Source of the DNA: Alphaproteobacteria bacterium
GTDB taxonomy: Bacteria > Pseudomonadota > Alphaproteobacteria > JAAXGF01
Assembly: GCA_963555825.3 (NCBI GenBank)
Contig: CAUVXB020000001.1
Span: 2,240,001-2,304,000 of the forward strand
Length of the DNA stretch: 64,000 nt
Direction: 5' to 3'
The position numbers were made by a program, and so were the translations under genes. Under the pieces are notes generated by a model. That model worked only from the letters and a program-made list of their open reading frames with translations, was not told the origin of the DNA and made no database searches. Positions within the stretch are counted from its first letter, which is position 1, and every line of letters starts with the position of its first letter. Positions 29,764-39,721 of this stretch are shown here, one piece after another.

Positions 29764-30408
29764 ATGTTTGGCAAAGGCGAGAAAGAGGCAGAGAGCGGCC
29801 CGGCGCAGCCCGCGCGGGGCTTCGGCAAGTCCGACAAGGACACGTCCGCGCGCGGCGCCGGCAAGGCGAGCGGCGAGGTCTCGGCGATCAGCGCCGACCT
29901 CAAGGTCGTCGGCAATCTCGAAAGCGCCGGCGACATCCAGGTCGACGGCACCGTGGTGGGCGACATCAACAGCCGCTCGCTGACCGTCGGCGAGGGCGCC
30001 CATGTCGAGGGCTCGATCACCGCCGAGAAGGTGCGCATCTGCGGCAAGCTGTCGGGCCAGGTGACCGCCGCCTCGGTGTCGATCGCCGCGACCGCGGTCA
30101 TGAACGGCGACATCACCTACCAGGTGCTCTCGATCGAGGAAGGCGCGTCGCTCGAGGGCCGCTGCCACAGGGTCGACTCGACCGGCGCCTCGACCGCGCC
30201 AAAGGTCGCCGCGGTCAAGCCCGCGGCCAGCCCGGCGCCGGCGGCCGCCTCGGGCAGCGGCGGGAGCGGCGGCAGCGCCTCGTCGGGCAGCGGCGGAAGC
30301 GGTGGCGCCTCGTCGGGCAGCGGCGGCAGCGGCGGAAGCAGCGGCGCCTCGTCGGGCAGCGGCGCAAGCGGCGGCGCCTCGTCGGGCGCAAAACCGGCCG
30401 CCGGGTAA
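29764..30408 (+). CDS. Bactofilin 2 with Gly/Ser-rich tail
   Basis: SAISADLKVVGNL..GDIQVDGTVVG..LSIEEGASLEG; MFGK N-terminus. Confidence 0.9.
   Translation: MFGKGEKEAESGPAQPARGFGKSDKDTSARGAGKASGEVSAISADLKVVGNLESAGDIQVDGTVVGDINSRSLTVGEGAHVEGSITAEKVRICGKLSGQVTAASVSIAATAVMNGDITYQVLSIEEGASLEGRCHRVDSTGASTAPKVAAVKPAASPAPAAASGSGGSGGSASSGSGGSGGASSGSGGSGGSSGASSGSGASGGASSGAKPAAG
30246..30388 (+). repeat. Intragenic ~30-bp tandem repeat (ASSGSGGSGG)
   Basis: GCCTCGTCGGGC recurs 4 times, plus one partial unit. Confidence 0.8.
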
Positions 30409-30441
30409 CGGCGGCGACAATACGCGCCAAAATTCGAGCTT

Positions 30442-30472
30442 AACGGGCCGCGGCCGCCGTCGCGGCCCGTTT
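30442..30472. terminator. Hairpin between convergent genes
   Basis: AACGGGCCGCG-8 nt-CGCGGCCCGTT. Confidence 0.55.
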
Positions 30473-30493
30473 CATTCGCGAGATCCGCGCCCC

Positions 30494-31606
30494 CTACCCC
30501 CACACCTTCTCGGCCGTTTCGCAGAGCACCGCGAGCTTGGCGCTTTGCTCGTCGATGGTCAGCGCGTTGCCGCCGATCGAGGTGGCGAAGCCGCATTGCG
30601 GGCTGATCGCGAGGCGCTCCTTGGGTATATGGCGCGCCGCGTCCTCGATGCGCGCGGTCATCTCGGCGACGGTCTCGAGACCGCCGTGCTTGGTGGTGAC
30701 CAGGCCGAGGACGACGGTCTTGTCGTCGGGCACCTCGGAAAGGGGCGTGAAGTCGCCCGAGCGTTCGTCGTCGTATTCGAGCATCAGGCGATGGGCGTCG
30801 ATGCCCTTGAAGATCGGCGCCGCGATCGCGTCGTAGCCGCCCTCGACCAGCCAGCGGCTGCCCTGGTTGCCGCGGCACAGATGAAACGCGAAGGTGACGG
30901 CATCGTCGACGCCGCGCATCAGCTCGTTGTCGAGCTCGAGGCCGAGGCCGAGCCATTGCGCGACGGTCCAGCCCTGGGATTCGTAGAACGCGCGGGTCTT
31001 GGGGTCGATCAGCAGCGGGTAATGCGGCGCGTCGATCTGGATGTAGGTACAGCCCAAGCGCACCAGTTCCTCGACCTCCTCGCGCAGGATACGCGTCACG
31101 TCGGCGAGGAATTCCTCCAGCGTCGGGTAGGCGTCGCGCGAGCGCTCCGGCGACCACAGGTTGGCGAGCATCGACGGGCTCGGCAGCGTCACCTTGACAC
31201 ACTTCGCCGTTCGCGCGCGCATGTAGGTGAACTCCTCGGCCGACAAGTGGCGGCGGCGTGTCATCGGGGCGACCACGCCGAGCTCGGCCGGGCGTTCGGT
31301 GGTCTTGTCGCCGACGTTGCCGTCGCCGTGCCACTCGCCCCACAGGAAAGCGTCGATGTCCCAATCGCCGAAGCCATCGACCGCCTGAACCAACTGACTC
31401 TGGAACGACAGCCGGCGCATCTCGCCGTCGGTCACCACGCCGAGCCCGGCGGCCTCTTGAAGCTCGACGCAGAAGTCGACCGCCCGATCCTCGGCCGCCT
31501 TGAATTCCGCGCGGCCGATCGTCCCGGCCGACAGCGCTTCTTGCGCGTCGAGCAGCTCCTTGGGCCTCAGCAGACTGCCGACGACGTCGGCGCGGGCGGT
31601 GATCAC
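30494..31606 (-). CDS. Cobalamin-independent methionine synthase II family protein
   Basis: VGSLLRP, VTDGEMRR, HLCRGN, LEYD, SPQCGFA; GTG start with GGAGG. Confidence 0.9.
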   Translation of the reverse strand: MITARADVVGSLLRPKELLDAQEALSAGTIGRAEFKAAEDRAVDFCVELQEAAGLGVVTDGEMRRLSFQSQLVQAVDGFGDWDIDAFLWGEWHGDGNVGDKTTERPAELGVVAPMTRRRHLSAEEFTYMRARTAKCVKVTLPSPSMLANLWSPERSRDAYPTLEEFLADVTRILREEVEELVRLGCTYIQIDAPHYPLLIDPKTRAFYESQGWTVAQWLGLGLELDNELMRGVDDAVTFAFHLCRGNQGSRWLVEGGYDAIAAPIFKGIDAHRLMLEYDDERSGDFTPLSEVPDDKTVVLGLVTTKHGGLETVAEMTARIEDAARHIPKERLAISPQCGFATSIGGNALTIDEQSAKLAVLCETAEKVWG

Positions 31607-31675
31607 GGCGCGGTCCTCCCGGTCATCCCGCCTCGACGTTATCACAGGGCGAAAGTCCGGGCGCGATATGAGCAG

Positions 31676-32503
31676 CTACTGATCCGACACCCCGGCGATC
31701 GCCGGTCGCCAGCAGATCACCCGCTTGAAGACGACGACGCTGACCGCGACGATCAGGGCGACAGCCAGGTAGGTCACGGCCTCCCACAGCAACCGTTCGA
31801 TGACCTGCTCGATCGGACCGAAGCCTCCAGCGGCGTTGGCGAGTCGGATCGTAAGGGCTCTCAACAACTCGTGGCCGAGGAACCCTATCGGCAAGTAGGC
31901 AAGAGCGAGACATCCCAACATACGCCAACTGGCGCCCTTCATCAGGCGCCATGAGTCGTGGGGATCCATCGGTTCGTCGACGGCGATGGCGGGCAGCACG
32001 AGTACGCAACGCGAGATAACGAGGAATATTGCGACGAACCAAGAACCGAAGACCAGGCTATAGACCCATACGCTAACAGAGCCCGGGACATAAAATGGGC
32101 CAACGATCGTTGGGATGAACGAGAATGCAATTCCCGGGATCAACAGGCAAGGCAGAGACATCGCTTCGCGGCGGCCGAGGCGAAACTGAACAGGAGCGCC
32201 GGTGTCCCGTCGCCCGAGCAGCAGAAACCGGCCCCAAGCGACCGCGAAGACGCTCCAGAACAGCATGATGACCAGAAACCGGACCGTCCCGGGCAGGTGG
32301 TGGTACCACTGGATTGCGCCGGTGGGCGACGCGATTACCCCGCCAATGGGTATAAACTTGATGATTACGGTCGCCACGAGCGGGACAGCCGCAACGGCGA
32401 ACAACGGCCTCAGATTGCGAAACGTCGTGCGGTAGGCGTCGACCACCGTGCGCCAAACCGGAAGCTTCGTTTCACCGTGTTCCTCGCCGTCCACTAACGC
32501 CAT
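31676..32503 (-). CDS. Hypothetical multi-pass membrane protein
   Basis: About 6 TM segments, LPAIAVD..SWRLMKG motif; weaker GC3 bias than neighbours. Confidence 0.7.
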   Translation of the reverse strand: MALVDGEEHGETKLPVWRTVVDAYRTTFRNLRPLFAVAAVPLVATVIIKFIPIGGVIASPTGAIQWYHHLPGTVRFLVIMLFWSVFAVAWGRFLLLGRRDTGAPVQFRLGRREAMSLPCLLIPGIAFSFIPTIVGPFYVPGSVSVWVYSLVFGSWFVAIFLVISRCVLVLPAIAVDEPMDPHDSWRLMKGASWRMLGCLALAYLPIGFLGHELLRALTIRLANAAGGFGPIEQVIERLLWEAVTYLAVALIVAVSVVVFKRVICWRPAIAGVSDQ

Positions 32504-32611
32504 TGCGGGTCACCTCGTCATCGCACCGCCGATTCTCGGGAGAGTAGCGCAATCCGAAATGCGTAAACAGCGTGGACTAGCGAACGCCCAGGGCGACTGT
32601 ATTTGAATCCC

Positions 32612-33793
32612 CTACTCCCCCTCGACCACCGGCAGCGTCGTCGCGGGGGGCGTGTTGCGGCTGCGGCGGCAGCGGATCTGGCCGTCGATGATGACCATGC
32701 CAACGCTCGCCAGGTCGCCCATCTCGACGCTCTCGAGGATGGTGCGCCCCGCGGTGTGCTGGGCGCGGTCCAAGAGCGCCAGGTCGCACGGCCGGCCGAC
32801 CTCGATCAGGCCCGCCTCGAGGCCGCGGATCTTGGCCGTGTTGCCGGTCGCGAGGCAGAAGGCCTGCTCGGCCTTGAGGTCGCCGAGGCTCGCCAGCAGT
32901 GCGATGACGCGCAGGATGCCGAGCGGCTGGACGCCCGAGCCGGCCGGCGCGTCGGTACCCAGAATGACGCGGTCGAGCTGGCCGATCTCGCGCGCGATGT
33001 GCAGCGCGTGCAGCGTCGCCTTCTCGTTGCCGTTATGCACGATCTCGATGGCCCGCGTGGTATCGGCGCAGAGGTCGCGGATCTGATCCAGCGGCAGCGC
33101 CGTGTGGCCGCCGTTGATGTGGCCGATGACGTCGGCGTCGGCCTCCATCACGACGTCGCGGTCGATCAGGCCCGAGCCGGGGATCGACGGCCCGCCGGTG
33201 TGGATCGTCGAGCCGATGCCGTATTTGCGCGCCCAGGCGACCATCTGCCTGGCCTCGGCGCCCTGCTTGACGCCGCCAAGCCCGATCTCGCCGAGCAGCG
33301 TCACGCCGGCGTCGGCGAGATCCTTGAAGTCCTGCTCGACCATGCCGTGTTCGACGACCGGCGCGCCGGCGAGCACCTTGACGCCGCCCGGACGGAAGCT
33401 CGAGAAGGCGCGCTGGGCGGTGATCGCCAGCGCCTTGAGGCCGACGATGTCCTTGGGCTGGCCGGGCAGGTGCACCTCGCCCGCCGAGACCATCATGGTG
33501 ACGCCGCCGTTCATGCAGCTGTCGATCCAGCCGAGCTGGCTCTGGCGCGGCGTCCAGTCGCCGAACACCGGATGGACGTGGCTGTCGATCAGGCCGGGCG
33601 TGACCGTCGTGCCCTTGGCGTCGACCACGACGGTTGCGCCGCCGCAATCGACGTCAGCCGCCTTGCCGACGGCGACGATCCGCCCGCCCTCGGCGACGAT
33701 CGTGTCGGCATCGAGGATCGGCTTTGCGAGATCGCCCGAGATCAACAGCCCGATGTTGCGGACGACGAGCTTGTCGCTGCCTGTGTCAGCCAT
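32612..33793 (-). CDS. Amidohydrolase, enamidase-like
   Basis: PGLIDSHVH, DWTPRQ, SAGEVH, GEIGLG, HTGGPS, GHINGG, VHNG, GTDAPAG. Confidence 0.85.
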   Translation of the reverse strand: MADTGSDKLVVRNIGLLISGDLAKPILDADTIVAEGGRIVAVGKAADVDCGGATVVVDAKGTTVTPGLIDSHVHPVFGDWTPRQSQLGWIDSCMNGGVTMMVSAGEVHLPGQPKDIVGLKALAITAQRAFSSFRPGGVKVLAGAPVVEHGMVEQDFKDLADAGVTLLGEIGLGGVKQGAEARQMVAWARKYGIGSTIHTGGPSIPGSGLIDRDVVMEADADVIGHINGGHTALPLDQIRDLCADTTRAIEIVHNGNEKATLHALHIAREIGQLDRVILGTDAPAGSGVQPLGILRVIALLASLGDLKAEQAFCLATGNTAKIRGLEAGLIEVGRPCDLALLDRAQHTAGRTILESVEMGDLASVGMVIIDGQIRCRRSRNTPPATTLPVVEGE

Positions 33794-33846
33794 GTCCGGT
33801 CCCTCCCCTGACGATGCTCGATGGTGCGCCTGCTGGACGCCGCGCG

Positions 33847-34018
33847 TCAACGCCTGACCCCGACGCAGCGGTGCGGCGGCGCGGGCTCGGCGGCGAGCGT
33901 GGTGGGGGTTGCTTCATATTTGATCGCGCCGTTCTCGATGAATGCGACGCGGTCGGCGACCTCGCCGCCTCGACCCTTTACTCGACGATCTGCACGGCGG
34001 CGTTTTGCGCCTTGAGCC
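33847..34018 (-). pseudogene. Degenerate 3' fragment of a LivF-type ABC ATPase
   Basis: Reads LKAQNAAVQIVE*RVEA, frameshift, EVADRVAFIENGAIKYEATPTTLAAEPAPPHRCVGVRR*; homologous to the C-terminus of 41320-42021. Confidence 0.85.
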
Positions 34019-34225
34019 CGCCTATCAACCTCAACCTACACAAGCCCATTGAGAATGATGGCAGCGTCGGCGAACAGGAAGAGAGGGAAAGCATGCCATG
34101 TCAAGTCGGACGCCTGGCCGGCGTAAAATCGAACCTAAGAGTGTGACAAGCTGGCGTCCCTCTGCTATCAATTGCAGGCGCTATATGAGAAAAATTATCA
34201 CCATAACATGGGATAACTCGGAATT

Positions 34226-35134
34226 ATGAATGCGATTACAACCTATGATACCTGGCCCGGATTGGAGTTTATTTTCCTAGTATATTCTACAGTGACAACT
34301 TTCATCCTCGTTGTGCTTTCAGTACAATTGTATCGTTGCTTGAAGGAACAGGATCGCGCAATCACCCAAAATCAAGGCTTGGATCAGCGGGAGCAACTTC
34401 TCGAGATCGTAAAGCGCGCCATCCTGTGGATCATTGGCTATAAGGGCGAGGAAAGGGAGAAAGCGTCTGTCCAAGAGATTGATCTGAACTGGATCAATAG
34501 GTACTCAGGTTCGATAATCTTGCGCTTCGTGCCCATTTATGCGTCGTACATTTTTTCGCTTCTAATGCTCACCCGCCCGGTGTTCATTGAAGGAAATCAA
34601 TACGCTACCTTCCTATACTCGCAAGATCCCGTCTGGCTATATACGATGCTGGTGGTCTACGTGGCCTCCAACGTGATTTATGACTATTTGTCGCTTCGAT
34701 TTTCGTATCGGCACATCTTGAGCGCTCAGTCGTCTAAAAGATATATTTATTATTTTATGAAAGACGGAATCTATGCCGCGATCCTATTTTTGCCATCCCA
34801 AATTATCTCATGCTTTCTTTGGGTATTCAAACGTGAGAACCGCGAATTTCCCGGGATGCAGGATAGCTTGCTGCAGAATTTCTGGGACATAAGCCTATGG
34901 CCCTACTCCTTCGTCTCACATTACGGTGCGACAGACGTGACAGGACAATTGTTCCCAGGCCAATTATTGATAACCGGAACAGTGTTCTTTCCGACGATCG
35001 CACTCGTCTCGATATTCGATGTGTTCTCAGTGTTCCTGAAAATGACGCTCTATACGAAACGCTTGCTGCTAAAACTTGATCTGGACCGTCTCTGCCGTAT
35101 TTACTTGAAGATCAACTTTGTCGGGATATTTTAA
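34226..35134 (+). CDS. Low-GC hypothetical multi-pass membrane protein, possibly truncated by a premature TAA
   Basis: 302 aa with several TM segments; frame stays open past the TAA to 35245 and encodes another hydrophobic helix. Confidence 0.65.
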   Translation: MNAITTYDTWPGLEFIFLVYSTVTTFILVVLSVQLYRCLKEQDRAITQNQGLDQREQLLEIVKRAILWIIGYKGEEREKASVQEIDLNWINRYSGSIILRFVPIYASYIFSLLMLTRPVFIEGNQYATFLYSQDPVWLYTMLVVYVASNVIYDYLSLRFSYRHILSAQSSKRYIYYFMKDGIYAAILFLPSQIISCFLWVFKRENREFPGMQDSLLQNFWDISLWPYSFVSHYGATDVTGQLFPGQLLITGTVFFPTIALVSIFDVFSVFLKMTLYTKRLLLKLDLDRLCRIYLKINFVGIF

Positions 35135-35737
35135 CCGAAAGACAAGGTTGCTCGGTTTGGCTATTGCAATTTGGCAATGCTTGTGGTGCTTGACCTTGGC
35201 ATTGTGACCGCACTCTCAAAATTGGTCGACTTAATTTTTGGTTGATCTAGTTATCTGATATTTCAAGAGGATCTGTACATTGTAACAGTAGCCGTAACTT
35301 CTGTTGAAAATTAAACGGCTTGAACAAAGATAGAATTCCCAAATTCGCATGATTATATCTTTCTCTTGTTCGCTAAGCGCCGCATCTAAATGGGTGCGTA
35401 GCAAATCATAATTCCGATAGAAATTTTCCTCCCAGGCGATGAGTGTTTTGCGATAGTTGCTTTTGTCGTGAGTAAACACTTGTCTGAGTTTCAAAGGAGA
35501 TTTTTCGACGACACGGACAATCTCCGCAAGTTCTGGAATGTATGCTCCGGGAAAGACGACCTGGTTCGATCCAGCTATTTGTTGCGCCCGTATGCTTGCG
35601 AACAATGCAGTGGATTAGGGCTCGCCCATCGTCCCTTAGTAGGTTGAAAACCTGCGAAAAATATTCGGCAAGGTATCCTCGACCAACGTGCTCTAGCATT
35701 CCAATGGAATAGGTACGATCAAATTTGGTGTTAGGCG

Positions 35738-36881
35738 CAACGGACTAATCTATGCCGAAATCGCCCGATCTCTCATTCCGATCCCTGATGCATATCTCGG
35801 GCTGGTCTTTGGTTATGTTCCAGGCTTGGCAACCGGCCTCGATGATGGCGTCGTGCTTCGAAGACGCGGTTGAGAGCCAATTCTGGCCACATATTGCCTA
35901 GATGTTCTCGACCGGGTTCAGCTCGGGCGAGCGCGATGGCAGCAGGATGATGGTGAGGTTCTTGGGGACCTTGAGCTGGTCGGTGCTGTGCCACCCGGCG
36001 CGGTCCATCAGGACGACGCACATGGGCCTTGGCGGCGACGTTGCAGCTGATCTCGTCGAGATGACATCTGCATGGCGGCTGTGTTGGCGAAGGGGAGCAT
36101 GAGAGCGGCACCCTTGGCTCCCATGGGACAGATTGCGCCAAAGAGGTAGGCGTTCGTGTAGCGCTGATCGGCGGGCAGGCGTGGCCTTGTTCCCTTCTTC
36201 GCAAATGCGCACACGCCCGTTCTTCTGTCCCAGCCTGGCCTCGTCTTGGAACCAGATCTCGACCCGCTTGGTCTTGGGCAGACCGGCTAGGTGGGCAGCG
36301 AGCGTGCGGGGGAAGTTTTTTTCAACGCCTCGATCACCCGCTGGTCCTGCTTGGGGTGCTGCGGCCGGGCGCTGATGTGGGAGAAGGACAGCGCGACGAG
36401 AAGGTCGGAGATCGCCCGCTCGCTATAGATCACGCCAAAGCGTTCTTCGATCACCCGTTTCAGGTCAACCCGCCGCCAGCGAACCACACCGTCAATCTCT
36501 GGATCGGGGCCCGTTTCGACGATCACCGACAGTTCGCCCATCTGCTCGCGATCAAGAGCCGGGGGCGGCCCGCACCGGGACGGTTCTTCAAAGGCCCCTT
36601 CATCGAGCGGACAATCGCCCAAGTCTCTCAGCGTCTGGCGATGCCATGCCGCCGACCTAGCGGCTTCCAGCGGCTCATGCCGTCGTAAACCGCCGCCAAG
36701 GCCAAAAGCCGGCGAACTTGGCGGGGATCGCGACTGTGCTTGGCCCATCGTCCGGAGCTCAATGCTGTCGTAGTCGTCCTGCGAGCAATGCATACTGACA
36801 TCGGCGAATCTCCTTCGACCAGCCTTGAATCTAGCATCCAGCCCAAAAAGGGAATAGGCGAGTCAAATTTTGCGCCGTTGG
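35738..36881 (-). mobile_element. IS630-family element, degenerate
   Basis: OrfA wHTH (GVVRWRRVDL..ARPQHP), AAAAAAAC slippery site, OrfB WFQDEAR..MDRAGWH..SPELNPVENI with frameshifts; end TA|CCAACGGCGCAAAATTTGACTC. Confidence 0.88.
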
Positions 36882-37435
36882 TATTAGGCGCGAATTGCGA
36901 TAAATCGGACCTCACAAACTCGGCTTTTTTCGATTTTCGGCTCAGTGCATATTCGACCTGCTTACGGGAGATGTTGACGCCGGTTACATGACAACCAACG
37001 GAGCTGCTTACTGCTTCCGCGATTTGTCCCCATCCACATCCTAGATCGAGGACCCAATGAGAGGACTTCAGCGCTAGCTTAGATGAAACCTTCTCAATCT
37101 TCCTATTCTGAGTCGTTTCAAGGTTATCGGATTCGTGCTCGAAGAAAGCACAGGTGTACTCTAGTTTTTTGCCAAGTATGTGTCTCATGAATTCTGGAGA
37201 CGTATTATAGTGTAGCGCGATGTTCTCCTTAACTTTCATTGGAAAAAGTCGATACATCACGAAGTCCGGCACGGGGCTGCGATCAAACCAGCCAAACCAC
37301 TTGAAAAGAAATGATTGCGGTTGCGAGGTAAGGAATTGCAAGAAATTATAAAGTCGCTCCCGCTCGCAACACCAATATCCCAGTGTGTAGTAGCTTGGAA
37401 AACGGAAATCTGGTTTCATCATTAGTAGGATCATC

Positions 37436-38190
37436 CTTGCCTATCCGGTTATCACCCACACCCACTATATGTAGTGTGTCTCCTTGGACTGCAGGCAAGG
37501 GCCGGCGCAGGCGCATTGAGGAGGCGATCCGGCTAATTCTTGATTGTTCTGAAAACCGAACCGGAGTTTAATTCACGTCACGTACTTAACATCGGGGGAC
37601 GGAACGGTGGCGACCAAGGGAAAAACGAAGAAACCCACGGCCAGACGGGAAGCTGCTGATGAAACGACATCGTCTGAGCGATTGACGGCACTAGTCGAAG
37701 AAAGCGACGCGCTGGCACGAATCGTTGCGAAGAACCCGTCCGCGCCTGTTAGTCTCCTGCGCGTTTTGAGTCGCAGCGAAGACGAAGCGACACGCAAGAA
37801 CGTGATCCTCAATCCGTTTACTCCATATGACGTATTGAGCGAACTTGAAAACCAGTTCACAGAGCTATTTGTGAATAATCCGGCACTCGAATCCTACAAT
37901 TCAATGAAGCTCTGATTTCCTGGAATATTCCATCGGTGTCGTTCACCTCCGATTTCAGATAAATTTCAATGAAGTGACGGTCCTTTATGCAACGTGGCGT
38001 TTTGCCAAATCCGACTCAATGATTAGGATTTCCACCACGCTAAAGTGTCGCCTAAAAGCCGCTACAATGCCGTCCGAGTCCCTGCTCGGCATCGCCGGAG
38101 ATATCTCCGCTTCGACCTGCACCGAGCTTTACTCAGGAAAATGGGTGCACACTACATATAGTGGGTGTGGGTGATAACCGGATAGGCAAG
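37436..38190 (+). mobile_element. Non-autonomous IS1595-family (ISSod11-type) cassette, 755 bp
   Basis: Perfect 43-bp TIR CTTGCCTATCCGGTTATCACCCACACCCACTATATGTAGTGTG (37436-37478/38148-38190); 8-bp DR GGATCATC at 37428-37435 and 38191-38198. Confidence 0.9.
37607..37915 (+). CDS. Passenger ORF with LRV/HEAT-like repeats
   Basis: ARIVAKNPSAPVSLLRVLS / RKNVILNPFTPYDVLSEL repeats; may continue through a frameshift near 37910. Confidence 0.55.
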   Translation: MATKGKTKKPTARREAADETTSSERLTALVEESDALARIVAKNPSAPVSLLRVLSRSEDEATRKNVILNPFTPYDVLSELENQFTELFVNNPALESYNSMKL

Positions 38191-38413
38191 GGATCATCCT
38201 CCGAAACGAAGGTGGGGCTATCGTGCAGACGTAATCGCCAGAACCGACATAGACGATCTCGTCCTCAAACTGCAGGCCAAGAACGCCCTTCTGGATGCTG
38301 CCTGAAAAGAGCCGAATAATTAAGGGTTTTGTCCATTTTGCGGGGTATGAATAATCGTTCGTGACTGCTATTTTCTGTGTCGAATGGGGATTCATAATCC
38401 GAGTTATCGTGCC

Positions 38414-39322
38414 TCATTCGAGCCGTCTCCGGTGGTTGGCGCGGAGGATGGCCGATCTGAGGCTCACGTCGGTCACGTGGGTGTAGATCTCGGTGGTCGA
38501 AATGCTGCTGTGGCCCAGGAGCTTCTGCACGTACCGGATGTCGACGCCGGCCTCGAGGAGCTGCGTCGCTGCGCTATGCCGCAGCATGTGGGGCGTCACG
38601 CGGCGGCGGATCGGCGCGGCGCGGGCGAGTTTGTGGAGCCTGCGGCGGAAGTAGTCGGGCCGGGCCGGCGTCCCGCGACCGGTGACGAGCAGGACATCGG
38701 TCGACGGCCGTGCCGCCCGTCTGATGTCGAGGTAGGACTCCACGGAACCGCGTAGCCGCTCATCGACCAGGTAGACCCGCCGTTCCCGGTTCCCCTTGCC
38801 GTTTATCCGGATCGTGCCGCCCGCGATGTCGAGGTTCTCGAGCCGAATGCCGCATAGCTCGCCGATCCGCATCCCGGTGGCGAACAGCAGCTCGAGGCCG
38901 AGGTGAAGCGTCGCCCGCGGCACGTCGTTGGGGCGCGATCTCGCTTCCGCCGCCGCGCGCGCGAAGAGCGCCCTGAGTTCGTCCTTGGTCAGGTCGCGCG
39001 GCAGCCGGCGCGGCAGTCGGATGCGGGTCTTCAGCGTGTGAAAGACGTTCGATGCGATCCGTTCCTCGTCCTCGAGCCAGCCGAATTTGACCTTGAGACA
39101 GGCGATCCTGCGCTTGATGCTCGCCGGCGCCAGCCCTCGGTCGTGGAGGTTCGAAATCCAACCCACGACGGTCTCCTTGTCGAGCGGATCGCGGCCTTCG
39201 ATCCGACGCAGCCAGGCGCCGTAATCGCGCAGGTCCTGCCGGTAGGCGCGTTGGGTGTGAAGCGACAGACCCTTGCGTCGGCAGTGTTCGAGAAACTCGG
39301 TCGAGAGTCGGGTGAAGTCCAT
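38414..39322 (-). CDS. Tyrosine recombinase/integrase (XerC/D-like)
   Basis: SAM-like N-terminus, TGMRIGEL, GKGNRER, TPHMLRHS, LLGH, TEIYTHV with all catalytic residues; GGAGG RBS. Confidence 0.93.
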   Translation of the reverse strand: MDFTRLSTEFLEHCRRKGLSLHTQRAYRQDLRDYGAWLRRIEGRDPLDKETVVGWISNLHDRGLAPASIKRRIACLKVKFGWLEDEERIASNVFHTLKTRIRLPRRLPRDLTKDELRALFARAAAEARSRPNDVPRATLHLGLELLFATGMRIGELCGIRLENLDIAGGTIRINGKGNRERRVYLVDERLRGSVESYLDIRRAARPSTDVLLVTGRGTPARPDYFRRRLHKLARAAPIRRRVTPHMLRHSAATQLLEAGVDIRYVQKLLGHSSISTTEIYTHVTDVSLRSAILRANHRRRLE

Positions 39323-39721
39323 GATCGCGTCCTCCTGTTCCACTGTTTCTTTTTGGTTCGAATACAATGGCATGCCGGAACGGCCCGCCGGCAACCTCTG
39401 GTCCGGCGCGGAAATTGTCATGTGGGGAGGACGTGAACGGAGGATGAGCCGGACGGTCGAACCGATGCCGGCGGATACGCCGCCGAGGAAAGCCGATCCG
39501 AGCGGGCTTGTCAGCGCGCCGCGATTACTCGACAGATTGCCCGCGGCATCGCCGTCGTGACGTTTCGGCCGATCCTCGGAACCCTAGCCCGGCTTTCTCA
39601 CCAAGGACAGGTGGGGCACGGCGGATTTCGGCCGACAGGCTAGGAAAAGCGTGCGGCGCGATGCTTGCGCATCGGGCAAGCGCTTTGACGCGGCCTGTCG
39701 TCCGAGATCCGCCGCCCTTAA

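Larger units (their letters stand above)
35231..38395 (-). pseudogene. cfa: Cyclopropane-fatty-acyl-phospholipid synthase family methyltransferase, disrupted
   Basis: Pieces 38395-38191, 37435-36882 (NIALHYN, YTCAFF, VLDLGCGWG) and 35737-35231 (SIGMLEHVG, VFPGAYIP, RIWEFYL); two insertions plus a frameshift near 35565. Confidence 0.85.

Noticed and set aside
37436-38190. Invertible phase-variation switch driven by the adjacent recombinase
   Set aside because: The flanking 8-bp direct repeat and insertion into a coding gene indicate DDE transposition; inversion is not strictly excluded.
38414-39322. Integron integrase, or chromosomal xerC/xerD
   Set aside because: It lacks the IntI-specific insertion, no attC-like cassettes are seen, and its island context argues against a housekeeping Xer.
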